A DNA stretch of 62,850 nt, filler included, from Choristocarpus tenellus KU-1152 (taxonomy: Eukaryota > Protista > Phaeophyceae): assembly GCA_964200185.2 (NCBI GenBank). It is 10 parts of 10 records of this genome, joined end to end, with 100 filler letters (N's around TTAATTAATTAA, not from the genome) between each part and the next. Parts side by side here need not be neighbours in the genome. Positions count along the whole stretch, not along the records: positions 1 to 2,742 come from CAXNAD020025134.1; positions 2,843 to 6,017 come from CAXNAD020021766.1; positions 6,118 to 16,633 come from CAXNAD020002883.1; 7 more parts are not named here. One strand, written 5' to 3'. Every line of letters begins with the position of its first letter. Within the stretch, counting starts at the first letter, position 1. Both the position numbers and the translations under genes were made by a program. Below, one piece after another: positions 1 through 11,843 of this stretch. The notes beneath the pieces are model-generated. The model did not search any database, had not been told where the DNA came from, and was given only the letters and a program-made list of their open reading frames with translations.

Positions 1-330
1 GCGGGGGACGACGACTTTGTCCTGGAGACCCATCCAGTCAACTCACCTCACCTCAGTGCCAATGACTGGGATTCTTTTATTCCATTCAGCAACTGAATAA
101 AGACGTGGGGTTGACCAACACAGAGGAACTGGTGGAGGCATAATGGAGGCATTCGATGTGTATCCCCGGGAGACAGATCCTCTTTCGGAATTAATTGTGA
201 AGGGCTGAGGTTAAAGGATGGCATATTCAAATTTCCCATATTGGCAATGAAAATGCTCAGAAGGCAGGCAAGCTCTGCCCAAAAGGCCTGGTGGACGGGG
301 CGAAATGCGATGCTGGAATGTAGTTTTGGA
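1..330 (+). mobile_element. Degenerate Tc1/mariner (DD39D-type) transposase C-terminal fragment, within an intron
   Basis: Across frameshifts reads ETHPVNSPHLSAND(L)GFFYSIQQL..DVGLTNTEELVEA.MEAFDVYPRET..(P)HIGNENAQKAGKL. This matches the QPPNSPDLNVLDLGFF...ELV.AV.EAF..YP...KIPH motif series of plant/oomycete-type mariners. Confidence 0.75.
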
Positions 331-653
331 GGGCTTCAGGGGTGGAATGATAGGTGTAGGCTGCCCCATTTTGGTTGAGATCCTGTTAAGCAACCTTTTA
401 GTGTCTGCAAAATTCACCCATAAAAATATGGCCATTTGAAAAAAAAAAATGCTTCTTCATCAGGGCTGAGAAAGTGATGCTGTATTTAATTTCTGATGAT
501 TTAAGTGGCTTGGATGTTGCACAGAGTCGATGGATTGAATCCGGAATGCAACATTCGCCATGGCCTCGATCTTGACGACACAACAATCATCGTGACAATA
601 ACTTTTTGGTGCCCCATCCATCTTCATGTATGTTGTTTATGAACACTGGTAAG

Positions 654-2742
654 GTCTTGTCCCACTGGATGTAGTATTGGTGGTCCGCCCGGATGGAAGA
701 GGTGCTGGAGAGGCCATTGTGGTCCTCCCCAACCACATGGAACTGCAAATGGCTCTTTCCAGGGATAAGCAGCACATGGGGCGCAGGTTTGATGACTCAT
801 TTGACTATGTTGATACCCTCCCTGCCTTGTTGAATTCACCTTTACTCTCATATTTTGTATAAAACTAACTACATATACACATTTTATGTTAGAGTTTAGA
901 GCTCAACCCTTCCGTTCTGTAGTTGAAGGTTTTTCATGGAAATGCTTACACATGCTTACACCTTAATGCGTATTTTTCCTCAAGGAATTACATTTACTTG
1001 GTTTTCATGGTCAATGAGGCAAGCTGTGTCGATTGCGTGAATTGCAATCAATCTACACCTGTTTTGTTGTGTATGTTGCAGATATCATTGATAACGTCAC
1101 TGTGACACTGTGATTCTATGCAGGGATCATGTCCTCCTTGCTGTTTTGGTACCATTTATTGATTGCTTTACATGTTTCTGCTGAGCACTCCCTGTCGTGC
1201 TTAATCAGCCCTATTGTGTCTCAATGTACATGAGTGTTTTTTGGGACTGTATTGACTTCATGCCTTTTGTGACTAGTTGTGTTTTTGCTTACCTTCGTTG
1301 TTTCGCACTCATTGCTTCTTGATCATCTTCTTGATCATGGTGGCTGTGGTGTTTGTCACAGATCTATAATAGCCCTCTTTGATTGTGTTGACAAGTCAAT
1401 TTCTCCTTGAAATCTGTTTAAATTGTTTTTTTCTGCTACTAGCACACGTTGCCTTTTAATGCCTACGTTATTTTACCCCTTTTTACCTTTGAAAGGTACA
1501 TTGAAATATTCCAGTCAAAGCGGATGGACTACTACACTGCCATTATGGGACAGCTACAAGCACAGGTTAGCTGTTTGTTCTATAGCCAATCTCGTTAACA
1601 TACTTTCGATCAAATGATAAATAAATGAGATGTTGAATTCTTAAGTGGTTAATATATTTTGTGTTAATGGATGTTGGGGATCCTATAGACTCTCTGTCTC
1701 ACTAGAGTTTGAAGTGTACACATCTGAAGGTTCTAAACGGAATCTTAGTCCTTTAGTGTGCTGACATAGCCTTTTTTAACTGTAGTTTTACTGTCTCATT
1801 TGCATGTACAGTGGAGTACAGCGCCCTGGCACATGGAGAGGGAAGTGAAAGTGGGAGAATGAAAGAGAAAGTAGAGCTAACACTTGGGTTACGATTATGC
1901 TTTCCGTCTGATTTCACCTGTAATGTGACTGATATTTTTGTTGAATGTTCAACTTTCAGTGATAGTTCCTCTCTTCAGCCCCAGTTCAATCAATTTGTGA
2001 ACTGGAAAAATATCATGGGGAAGGTGTTTATTGCAGCTCTGCATTGGTCGATGTAAAATAGGGGAGACTTAATTCAGATTTCGTTGATATTTTAGGGTAA
2101 CCTTACAAGTTTTTGAAATATTCCTGCAAAATCTAATCAAAATCTGATACCATCTTGTGCATTTATAGTCTGCCCCGTATACTGTTTGACCTGATGCCGA
2201 ACATAGGAATTCTCAGATATTCACCGACGCCCTCTCCCTCCAACAACACAGAAGCAAAATATGTAGTTCTTAGGTACTGATGAAATTTTGTTTCAAGTTC
2301 TTTTGAATATGATGTTGCTAGGCAAATTCAATCGTTGGTCTAAGCCTAGTGTCTTCTATGAGACTTAACTTGTTTTATCCCGCATTTCTTTACGAATACC
2401 TTGCAGACTTTCTTACGGTGACTATGATCAAACAGTTGATATCGGAGATTGGATCAAAGATACAATACTGATAATAGTTAGGGTAGGTTGAGGGTTATGG
2501 AATGAAGGGTATGGAAACCCCTTTGACTCAATGTGACAGGCAGAGTCTTCTATTTATTGGTGTGTATGTTGCATTTCATGACATACCTTCCACTGCTCAA
2601 TCTTAACTTGACATGACCTAATCGTGGGGTTCAGAATATGACCAACATGAGCATACAGCGAGGTGGAATGGGGGGGGGAATGGGAAGTGGCATTGGTGGT
2701 CCGAATGGCATTGGGGGGGGAGGCATGGGTGTGGATTCCATG
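654..2742 (+). CDS. hnRNP F/H-like quasi-RRM RNA-binding protein, partial (exons 654-786, 1496-1565, 2635->2742)
   Basis: Phase-consistent GT-AG splicing gives GLVPLDVVLVVRPDGRGAGEAIVVLPNHMELQMALSRDKQHMGRRYIEIFQSKRMDYYTAIMGQLQAQ|NMTNMSIQRGGMGGGMGSGIGG. This has the qRRM signature DGR..GEA.V...AL..D...MG.RYIE followed by a Gly/Met-rich tract. Both ends are missing. Confidence 0.85.
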
Positions 2743-2842
2743 NNNNNNNNNNNNNNNNNNNNNNNNNNNNNNNNNNNNNNNNNNNNTTAATTAATTAANN
2801 NNNNNNNNNNNNNNNNNNNNNNNNNNNNNNNNNNNNNNNNNN
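2743..2842. other. Artificial contig spacer N44-TTAATTAATTAA-N44
   Basis: Identical 100-nt unit with a six-frame stop linker, present nine times. Confidence 0.98.
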
Positions 2843-3039
2843 TTGTCAACTGCCAGGGGGGGAGATGGAGGTTGGAGTGTGGTGGGAGGGAGGGAGGGAA
2901 AATGATAGCATGTATTGTACATGAGAAATGCGATTGGCATTATCTACCTCCAATTGAATGTTGTATTTTTGTATTTGTTTTTTCACCCTCTGACTCTCGA
3001 GAAACGTGCCTTGTGTCTCTTCTCTACTCTCTCTACCCC

Positions 3040-4590
3040 AGGCTTGGTTTTCCTTGACGATACCTGCAGATGAGGTTGCAAATGTTGGCAATGGTCTTAT
3101 TGCTTAAGGACAAGGAGTACACAATCCAGGCAATCACGGCCGAAAAGGAGAGACTCCTTGGAGACCTAGTGGCTCTATGATCTGTCCAAGATCACTCAGC
3201 TCAAGAGGTTTGATTCTGCAAGGGTTGGGACACAATGGGATACCAAGCGAAGAACAAACAGTACCAATGATGGTTCTATGGAATAGCGCCCTACCTGCTT
3301 TCCATGATTCAGAGCATCCTCTGGAATATAGATTGGCTCATGCCATCATATGTGTACTGAAGTTGAGAGGCACAATGCAACCTGTTGCAGTACTGCAGGT
3401 CATCTTTTTTGTGTCACCCATTCTTATTGTTCTCTTACAGCTCTAGTTGCATTCGGGCGAACAAATAGTCCATTTCGTTTGCAGAAAGGTGGGGCATTGC
3501 AATATCTAATTTGCATCATACACACAACATTCCGCCATGCAAAACGAAAGGGATTATGCAAAGCTAAGTCAGTCGTCATCCAGTTGATGCATGCTTTCGT
3601 TGCAAAAGAGTAGTACGGACCAGTAGGTGCATATCGGCTACGATTTGGCAAGTCCATGTGCTTGCCATACAGTTGAAGAAACAGTTTGGTATGTATAACT
3701 CCATACACCTTCCCTCTCTCTTGCTGGAGGGATTAATAGGTCTAGATTTTTGACATGGGTTGGATGGATGTGTATGAAACCTGCACACCGTTTATGTGTT
3801 CCCACTGCTTGCGCATACAAGCAGGTAGGGCACATATCCCTTCCTGACACTTTTCTCCTCTCATAATGTGGCAGGGAAGACATGGAATACAATTCCCATG
3901 GTGGTGTTCCTCGTGGGGTTGGGGCTGACTGCCCCTTCAATGGCAATGGACTGGTGAGTTTGCCCACGAGAAGTTATGTGTCCCTATTCTGGAATCACTA
4001 GTAGTACCTATGAGTGTGTGCAATATGCCATCATGCAGAGTCTACATGTGGAATCTGGTAGTGAGCTACTAAGAAATTCCCATGTCAAAGGCAAGGCTTT
4101 GAAGCATAGTGATGCACTTGATCCAGGGTATGCCTTTGAATGCTGTTCAACCAAAGTGGCCTTTGCATGGATGAGCAGTGATTTCCCTTTCATTGGTCGC
4201 TTATCTCCAAGGGCAGGCATCATGCATCAGTGCTAAGTTTGTGATTCTATTTGTTGTACTTACGGGTATGAAGTGACCGCAAATTTCATTTCAACCTCAA
4301 TGCTCCAGTGGGGACTGGTGTATTGCTCTTGCACCTCTTTCTGTTAGGCACAGGCAGGATCGTTGCCCCAATCAAATGATACTTGGATATATCGTCTTTC
4401 TGGTACAATCCGTCTACCAAAACCTGCCCCTCTCGTTCAAGATGATCATGGCCAAGAAGAAGCAGAATGTGGCACCGGAGATCCTCTCACCTCTCTTCCT
4501 AGAGGATCACCTCATCATTCCTACTCGACCGGACAGCAACTGCTGGTTTCGAACCAGGATGGTCTGACATTCGGTGGCATTGGCTAGAAA
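3040..4590 (+). pseudogene. Decayed coding-like sequence of unknown origin (possible TE relic or pseudogene)
   Basis: Frame RYLQMRLQMLAMVLLLKDKEYTIQAITAEKERLLGDLVAL*SVQDHSAQEV*FCKGWDTMGYQAKNKQYQ*WFYG is interrupted only by TGA; splice-like sites present; no family recognised. Confidence 0.3.
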
Positions 4591-4859
4591 CCCAAATAAC
4601 TTCTCGCCAATCATGGATAGATTTGGGGGGAGGGAGGGGATGAGGTATGGATCCTCGTAAGGGATTTAAAGGAGGCTGTGCACTAGGCCCACTTTGTACT
4701 TGCATAAGATACAACACATGAAGAAGTGATTTGATCTAGGACAATCAAAGGAGAACCTCATCCCTTCAGTAGTCAACATTCAATGCTATAACTCCAGGTA
4801 CCTCTAAAAAAGCGTTACCTGTGGGTGTGGCACTTACCTCACTATTATCACTATATATT

Positions 4860-5580
4860 TATGACATGTTTAACTTCTTGCACTTCTCCATATAGTCAAT
4901 ATATTTATATACTGAGAATATGACGTAAACTTTTTCACATCTGTGTACAGTTGATATCATTTTCATTGGTTCTATTGTTATTTGTATTACTATTAATATT
5001 CTTGGTATTGATATATTAACTACTAATACTATTGCTAGTATATTACCAATAATATAATTATCATTAACATTCATTGGTTGATTGTTATTGTATTTTAATC
5101 AGTATTACTATTATTTTCATTCTTGTTAATTTTACTATTGTTATCATTATTATTTTGCCCTCTGACATTTTGGAGATGTGTCAGGGGGGAAACAAAGGAA
5201 AACAATACCCATGTCAGTATAAACCCTAAGGAAATAAAATATCATAAGTATGAAAAACACTATTCTATTTGTTACTTCACCACTATCAATGTTGTACTTT
5301 TGTATCATGTTATTTTTATCATTGTTATCATCATTTTTTAATTGTTAGTAGTATCAATGTTTCATATATGACATTATTATATCAATTATATTATTATCAA
5401 TAGTATATTAACTTATCATTATTACTATTAGTAGTACTACTATTCTTTCAATTAGTGATCTTGACACTACTATATTCTTTTTCAATATATTTTTTTAGTT
5501 CACACTTGTAGTAGCAACATCATTTCAATATCTATATATATTAATATTACTAATATATTTTAATCTATTATAATTACAGT
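4860..5580. repeat. AT-rich degenerate (ATT/TAC)n low-complexity tract
   Basis: Very low GC with recurring att/tat/tac triplets. Confidence 0.7.
5140..5265 (-). mobile_element. Family D retroposon 3' end (CTGACA..TGTCAG stem-loop + TAA tail)
   Basis: Reverse complement of the copy at 19565-19700: ccctgacacatctccaaaatgtcagagggcaaaataataat. Confidence 0.65.
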
Positions 5581-6017
5581 GTGATTAGTACATACACACA
5601 CTCGTCAGAAAGGTAGTACAAAAGAGAGATGAAAAATGAAGAAACGATAGAGACATCTTGAAAAACAAAATCACGAAGGGGAACAAACGAATGGAAAAAC
5701 GGGAAAGATGATATCAAATGATAATAATGGAAAAAATATAAATCTGGTAAGATTTATGAATCAAAGATGATAAGACAAAAATGGCACGTACTCCATTCAG
5801 AATTACATGTATCATAACTTTTCCAAGCTCCTTTCTCACACGGGAACGACCTACACGATAAACCCTCTGGATAAGGTGTCGCTCTTATGTAGATTTGGAT
5901 GCATCTCAAATTTGCCATTGTTTGGGGCGGGGGGCAGCGCGGCAGGAGAATGCGGCACTGTTTTTATTTTGGGTGGTTGCCAAGGTTTTTTTCTTTTTTC
6001 TTTTTCCGAGGTGCTTC

Positions 6018-6117
6018 NNNNNNNNNNNNNNNNNNNNNNNNNNNNNNNNNNNNNNNNNNNNTTAATTAATTAANNNNNNNNNNNNNNNNNNNNNNNNNNN
6101 NNNNNNNNNNNNNNNNN
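6018..6117. other. Artificial contig spacer
   Basis: N44-TTAATTAATTAA-N44. Confidence 0.98.
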
Positions 6118-6198
6118 AAGGTACTGCCCCATTCCCGGCCCCAGGCCAAACGGGGGCCCTCGCGTAGACCCCCCCCCCCCCCTCAGATACTTTGAGCT
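6118..6198. mobile_element. MITE family B (poly-G/C TIR), one end, truncated by contig start
   Basis: gtagac-C-run-tcagatactttga matches the right end of the full copy at 33267-33423. Confidence 0.7.
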
Positions 6199-8180
6199 AT
6201 CATCACAAAACAAAGCAATAAGTATTTTCTTTTTGGGGACAGACAAGCATACCCTAGAGCTCTACCACTGCCTGAAGTGGGAAGACAAGCATCTATGTAC
6301 AGGCATATGTGAAAGCACTTGCCCGCACACACACACAAAGCACAGAAATTTCCTCACCTCCAATCTTCCTGCAGTGCCAGCAAATATTCCCACCTGTTGA
6401 ATAACATAATGAGACTTGTAGACTTACCAACTACGACAATCCCCACTTCTACATATACCGAAGGTCTTTCTGCTGCAGGCACAGACAAGACAACAGCCTC
6501 TCACCCAACCCACACTCCCAGTAGTAGAAAGATCCGCCAAGAATGGTACCCACCATGGCCATGTTCATCGCCCTGGATGCAACATCATGATCCTGGTCAT
6601 ATGGGACGCTGGATAAGGGGTAGTATTCCGGCAAGGGCATTCGCAGCCCTGGCACATTGGCACCAAATGCCCCATTCCAGATAATGGTGCTGAGACCGTT
6701 CTTGCCCAACAACACCCAGAGTGACATAGTGCAGGAGATGCATACAAAAAAAATGCAAGACATGAACGGAAGAGGTGAGCTACCACCTTGAAAGCTAAAT
6801 TTCCTCATAGGTCTACGTTTACTTGTTCACAATCCAAAACAATTTGTATTTGCACTCAGCCTCGCCTACCCTCTAGTGAATCTCCACAGTCAGCTTGACA
6901 GCTCCTAGGTCAGGAGACAGTTAACATTTCAGTGCTGAAAAATTGAATGTGAGAGGTGTGGTAGGTTGACATCTCTCACTACCACTGTATACCTCAACAG
7001 TTCTCCCAGCTGTGTGGATGCCACAATACAGACAAACATTAGCAGCCCAAGCAATAAAAAATATCTTCCCAACCTTGAAGTCCTCTCACCTCTGAGTCTT
7101 GCGCAGACATTCCCATGACCTCAATGGGCACTTTGTGATTTTCTAACCCATTCACGGTTCTTGATGCTTTCCTCTCCCTGGCCAATGCTCCTGTTGCATT
7201 GCCAAGCTGGTCTCCGAGAAGGAAGCAGGCAGTGTGTAAAAGGTCATTCTGCTGATTTGCTTCTTGTTTTGGAAAAGCTATTGCCAAAAGCTCCTTGGTG
7301 TTGCAGGCAATGGAGTTATCTGGTCAACCGCTTCACGTGTAGTGCTTCATATATTGAAAAACGTAACACTCAATGCTAGTATCACTGTAGAACGTTTGAA
7401 CATATTTGGCACTTGCCGTCTTTATCCTTATAACATTCAAATCCTTGTGATACATGATATTTGTTGCCAGGACAATGTTCAGGGACCGGTTGCTCCACTC
7501 TGCCCATTGTGTATACATCATTCGAGTCTTTTTGCTCTGTAGACTCGTACACTAATCAGAGATCCACAAAATCAGAAATGGGTACATCACATAGATATGG
7601 GATCTGTATCTACATGGGGTCAACAACAAATCAAAGACTAACACAAATTTCCTCCATTTCCACATCCTTGCTTCAATCCTCGGCCAGTATACTCTTTATC
7701 CGAACACAGTAAATAGGTGGGTTCAGCCTCCCTTTTTGTGGAAGCTCTGTAAGGTTTATTGGCCAGAACTCTGTAACGTTCGGGTCCGTTTTCCCAACTA
7801 TTGTTCCACATAGTGGCCCATTTACATGTACATAGTTTTGCACACATTCGTTTGATCATTGGAAGAGCTAACCACAGAAAGTGAAAAATGGAAGAGATTT
7901 AGCAGAAGAAAGAAGATTCAACTCAATAAGGTAAGTTGTAGTCCACTGCACATGCTCACTTAGCTATTTTTCAACAAATGCTCTAGCGTATTTGTTCTGT
8001 ACCATCCAGTGTCTGGGACAACACTCGGGGGGATTTTTTGCTGTCCGGCAAACAGTTGGACGGACTTCATGTGCAAGGTGCTTCTTCCAGGATTACACTC
8101 ATGCCCACTTGTTTCCTGGCATCCTTAAATCTGAATAATATTTTGTCTTGTGCTCCGGAGTACAATGCTAAGACAATAAG

Positions 8181-11100
8181 TTATGATATGTGAGTGTTCC
8201 GTTTCCCTGAGGTTTGCACTAGTTCTGGAGCTTTGAAAGGGGGCAGAGGGAAGGAAGTAGTTCTCCTCAACAAGGCCTGCAAAGAGCAAACTTTCAAGGA
8301 GGCATATCCAATGCGTACTGATAGCAAAACCTATTGTTGTCTGTCTTCTACTCTATAAACCCCATCACATCGCCAGAAATAGCATTGGAATGTGGCAAAA
8401 AAAGGGTTGAAAAGTTTGAGCAGTCGAGATAATTCTGGCTCACCTCAAGATGACTTTCCACACCTTTGGCCTTGAGAGATCTAAGGAGCTTGAGCTCAGC
8501 TTGTACCTCTCTCATTGTCTCTTTGCGCATCCGAATTTCCTGGAAGAGCACCCAAATAGGTTGTGCACACAGCTTACAATGAGTACAACTGCTTGTCAGT
8601 ACCGGTACAGTGTGCTCTGCGTGTTACCACGTAGATCATGGACGAAGAGGTAACCCAGAAAGTACAAAAATACGATTTGTCGTTGTGCCACATCAAATGA
8701 TGCTGATAGTGCTCTATGGTCCCATCTGTTTGGCCTGGGGATATACTGTTCTTCTTTCCCTCCTTTCATTTACTTTTGTGTTACACAACTTCATGCTCAA
8801 CTTGTTCTTTCCGGGAAGCATACATGCGCCACCACCCTCTATGGACACAGACAGGTGCAAGAGACACGCTCACACCTCCTTGAACACACCTCATTACTGG
8901 AGAGTGGACTTGGTCCTTCTGTTCTATCATCTTCATCATCAGTGCTTGATTTGGGCCTTCCAGACGTCCTCCTATTGCCACTCCTTTTGGATGACTTTGA
9001 CTTTCCCACCCACTCACTGCTGTCCTCTGCATCAGACCCCAGCTTGTCATTATCCAGTTGCTTTTTTCCTTTCCTGGAGCTCCCAATCTTTGTTGGGGAG
9101 CATTTCATTCCTCTGTTTCTCTTGGAATAGCGACCATGACCACGTCTCTGCCCCCCTCCTTTTTTGCCCTGGGTAGTGCTCTCACCAACCTCTTGATCCT
9201 GCTCTGAGCTGGAGGAGGGCAAAGGTTGCTGAAACTTCGCTCCTGTTTTTCCCTTTCCCTTCACATTCCCTCCTCGTCCATGCCTCTGCGTTGACTTACC
9301 TTGCCCTCCCTCAATTTGCTCCTCAGTGCGCAGAGGTGCCTCCCTAGATATCTCTATACTTGTCCAGGCAGCTCCCACCGATTTTCCTGGCTTAACAATG
9401 ACCTTTGTCCCCAGGATGGAGCGGATCTTATCCATAACTGCGTGGGTTTCGAGTTAGTAGAATATGACAAGGAGGAGATGGGTATCCCAAATAATATTCT
9501 CCTATCTATGAGACATGAGTAAAGGCAGCTAGGAATAGGATTTTGTTTTCTGAGTGAAGTGTGCCGCTTTGTATTCCTGGTTGCCACCCTTGTTTGGATG
9601 CCCTTGTACCACATAACATTTCCTTCAGGGTTTATTTAGCATGAGGGCAGCCAGCAAATATTATTGCTGCAGTATGCAGTATCTTAATGTACCAAGGTTA
9701 GTAGCAGGAAAATTAACCGTATATGTAACCACAGAAGTAATCATGTTTGCTCTAACTGGTGCACTGAGACTGCCTCGATAGTTCACCATTCATCTCAACC
9801 AAGAGTTAAATCCACTACATGCAAAATTGTTCCCCACTTCTTTCATAAATCTCCCTCACTCTACAACTATTTTGGACAGACATTATATTTCACACACAAA
9901 TGCGCATTGGCCGCCTATACACACTGCATCCTGTGTGGCCAACCAAGCTATCCACCCACCAACAGAAGGTCCACAGGCGCGCAACTTCTCATACTCCAGC
10001 TTGACACTTAAGGCAAGCATCATGGTTCCACCTGCCCAATCGCAATTGCGAAGGGCCTCAGCTAGCATCTCTGTCCTAGCCACTGTGTTGAAATTACGCT
10101 TGCGAGGCTTGAGCCGGGAAGGAAGCAGGGCATATGAAGGTATTGGTGGTGGACGCTCACGGAGTGTCACCCAAGTAAGCTCCTCGGCAGTTGTGAACTT
10201 TCCTGCGCTCCGTCTGGTGTAGTAAAACACTGTCAGCTCCCATAAGAAGAAGTTATGAGGGGTTTGATGAGGGGGGGAAGATCAAAATTGCGTTTTCTTG
10301 TTTCAAAAGTTGAGTGACCATTTCTTATATAGTACTTCGTTCTCCTGAGCATGCGGCAGGAATGTGATTTGGCATCTACTCGAGAAGGAAGGAGCGATCT
10401 CTTCCTGCGGCTACATACTAATTTGAACACATATTCCATCTTTCTATTACCTTCCTTTGATCAAAAATAATGTGACCCCTACCTAGTTCCTTTTCCCCTA
10501 CCTAAATTAGGTAAAATTTAAATAAGATTCCGTATGCTACACACCAGCCCTGAGATTTAGCCAGCCGACCCCAGAATTTGTGCCAGCTTTCCAGCGAAGG
10601 CTGAGCTTGTTTACTCCACCATCAGCACGGCAAAGATCCTTGGCAACAGCGATGGTACGATTGGCCGACAGTGTGACACCCTCTGAAACATCTTGGAAGA
10701 ACGACCCATAGCGCTGCCCGCTTTGCTCCTGTTGTATTGGCACGATCAATGGCATGGTATCATCAGGGGTGGGTGAACAGTGGGGGACAGGGTACAAGAA
10801 AGGCTCACAGGTTCAAATGAGAGCACTTCCGGCTAACTGGGGTTTCACGGATCTAAAACAGGGAAACATTACATATTTCCAATTCTACTCCTCTCCCACA
10901 ATAATCCGTTTGTTCCTTTACAATGATGGTCCTAAATATTTCAATAATCTTGATCCATAATTTCTACTACAAAGGATGAGATACATGACACATCCCGATA
11001 TATGGTGGTCCAAGAGAATCAATGTGGTCAATACTACACTGCTCGTGCGTGTTAGATGAGTTGTGAGGTAGATCCTTGCTACTACAAGTGCTAGACTGCA

Positions 11101-11792
11101 TTGATCTCACAGGTGAGGCTGTGGGCTCTGGGGAGGGGAATTTGACTGAATCTATTCGAGTTTCAGTTATATTGTGAACGGTAAGACAGGCCCGAGAAAC
11201 CCTTGATATTGGCTCTGTCAGAGTTAGAAAAAAGATACGTAGAATTTAGAATGAGCTCCAAGTAATGAGTTTCCCAGAGTTGGCATACTACATTGTCAAA
11301 AATCCAAATATATCAACGAGATGTATGGAAACAACAATTGCCAAACAACAAGCACAAAAAGAGAGTGAAAGTATCTTAGAGGGTACGACTTTTTCCCTGT
11401 TTGTCCATTTGGGGCTTGGCTTCCCATGGTGTATTTTTATTACATTTTCCTACTCCAAAATGTTTTGGAATAGGAAAAATATATATGTTATGAAAAGGTG
11501 TGTCCGAAACAAGAAGATTGACACCTCCTAACAAACACAATAGCCAAAATTACATCAAAATCGTAACATTGGATTTTGACCCCCAAATGGACACGGCCCT
11601 ACCCTCTAAGATACTTTGGCTCAGAGCTACTTGTTCGTGGAAACGATGAAGACATCAAACTTGTGGAAATAGTGCAGGGACCGACTCCAATAACATGATA
11701 TTGTCTAAGCTCTCTCCCAGCAGCTACACCCTTCAAAATCGTAATCACCTCCCCATCCAACATTTCCATGAATTTCAAGTACCTTGTTCTTA

Positions 11793-11843
<51 letters not shown>

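Noticed and set aside
2787-2798. TTAATTAATTAA as a biological motif (PacI site, piggyBac target)
   Set aside because: Always centred in exactly 44+44 N; it is a synthetic linker.
3040-3360. TGA recoding (selenocysteine or alternative genetic code)
   Set aside because: The intact GLOD4-Trx gene uses TGA as a stop, and CpG decay explains the codons more simply.
6200-8130. CxC/KDZ-type transposon or further WD40-gene exons
   Set aside because: Cys-rich fragments lie in different frames, with no diagnostic motif or unique exon chain; left uncalled.
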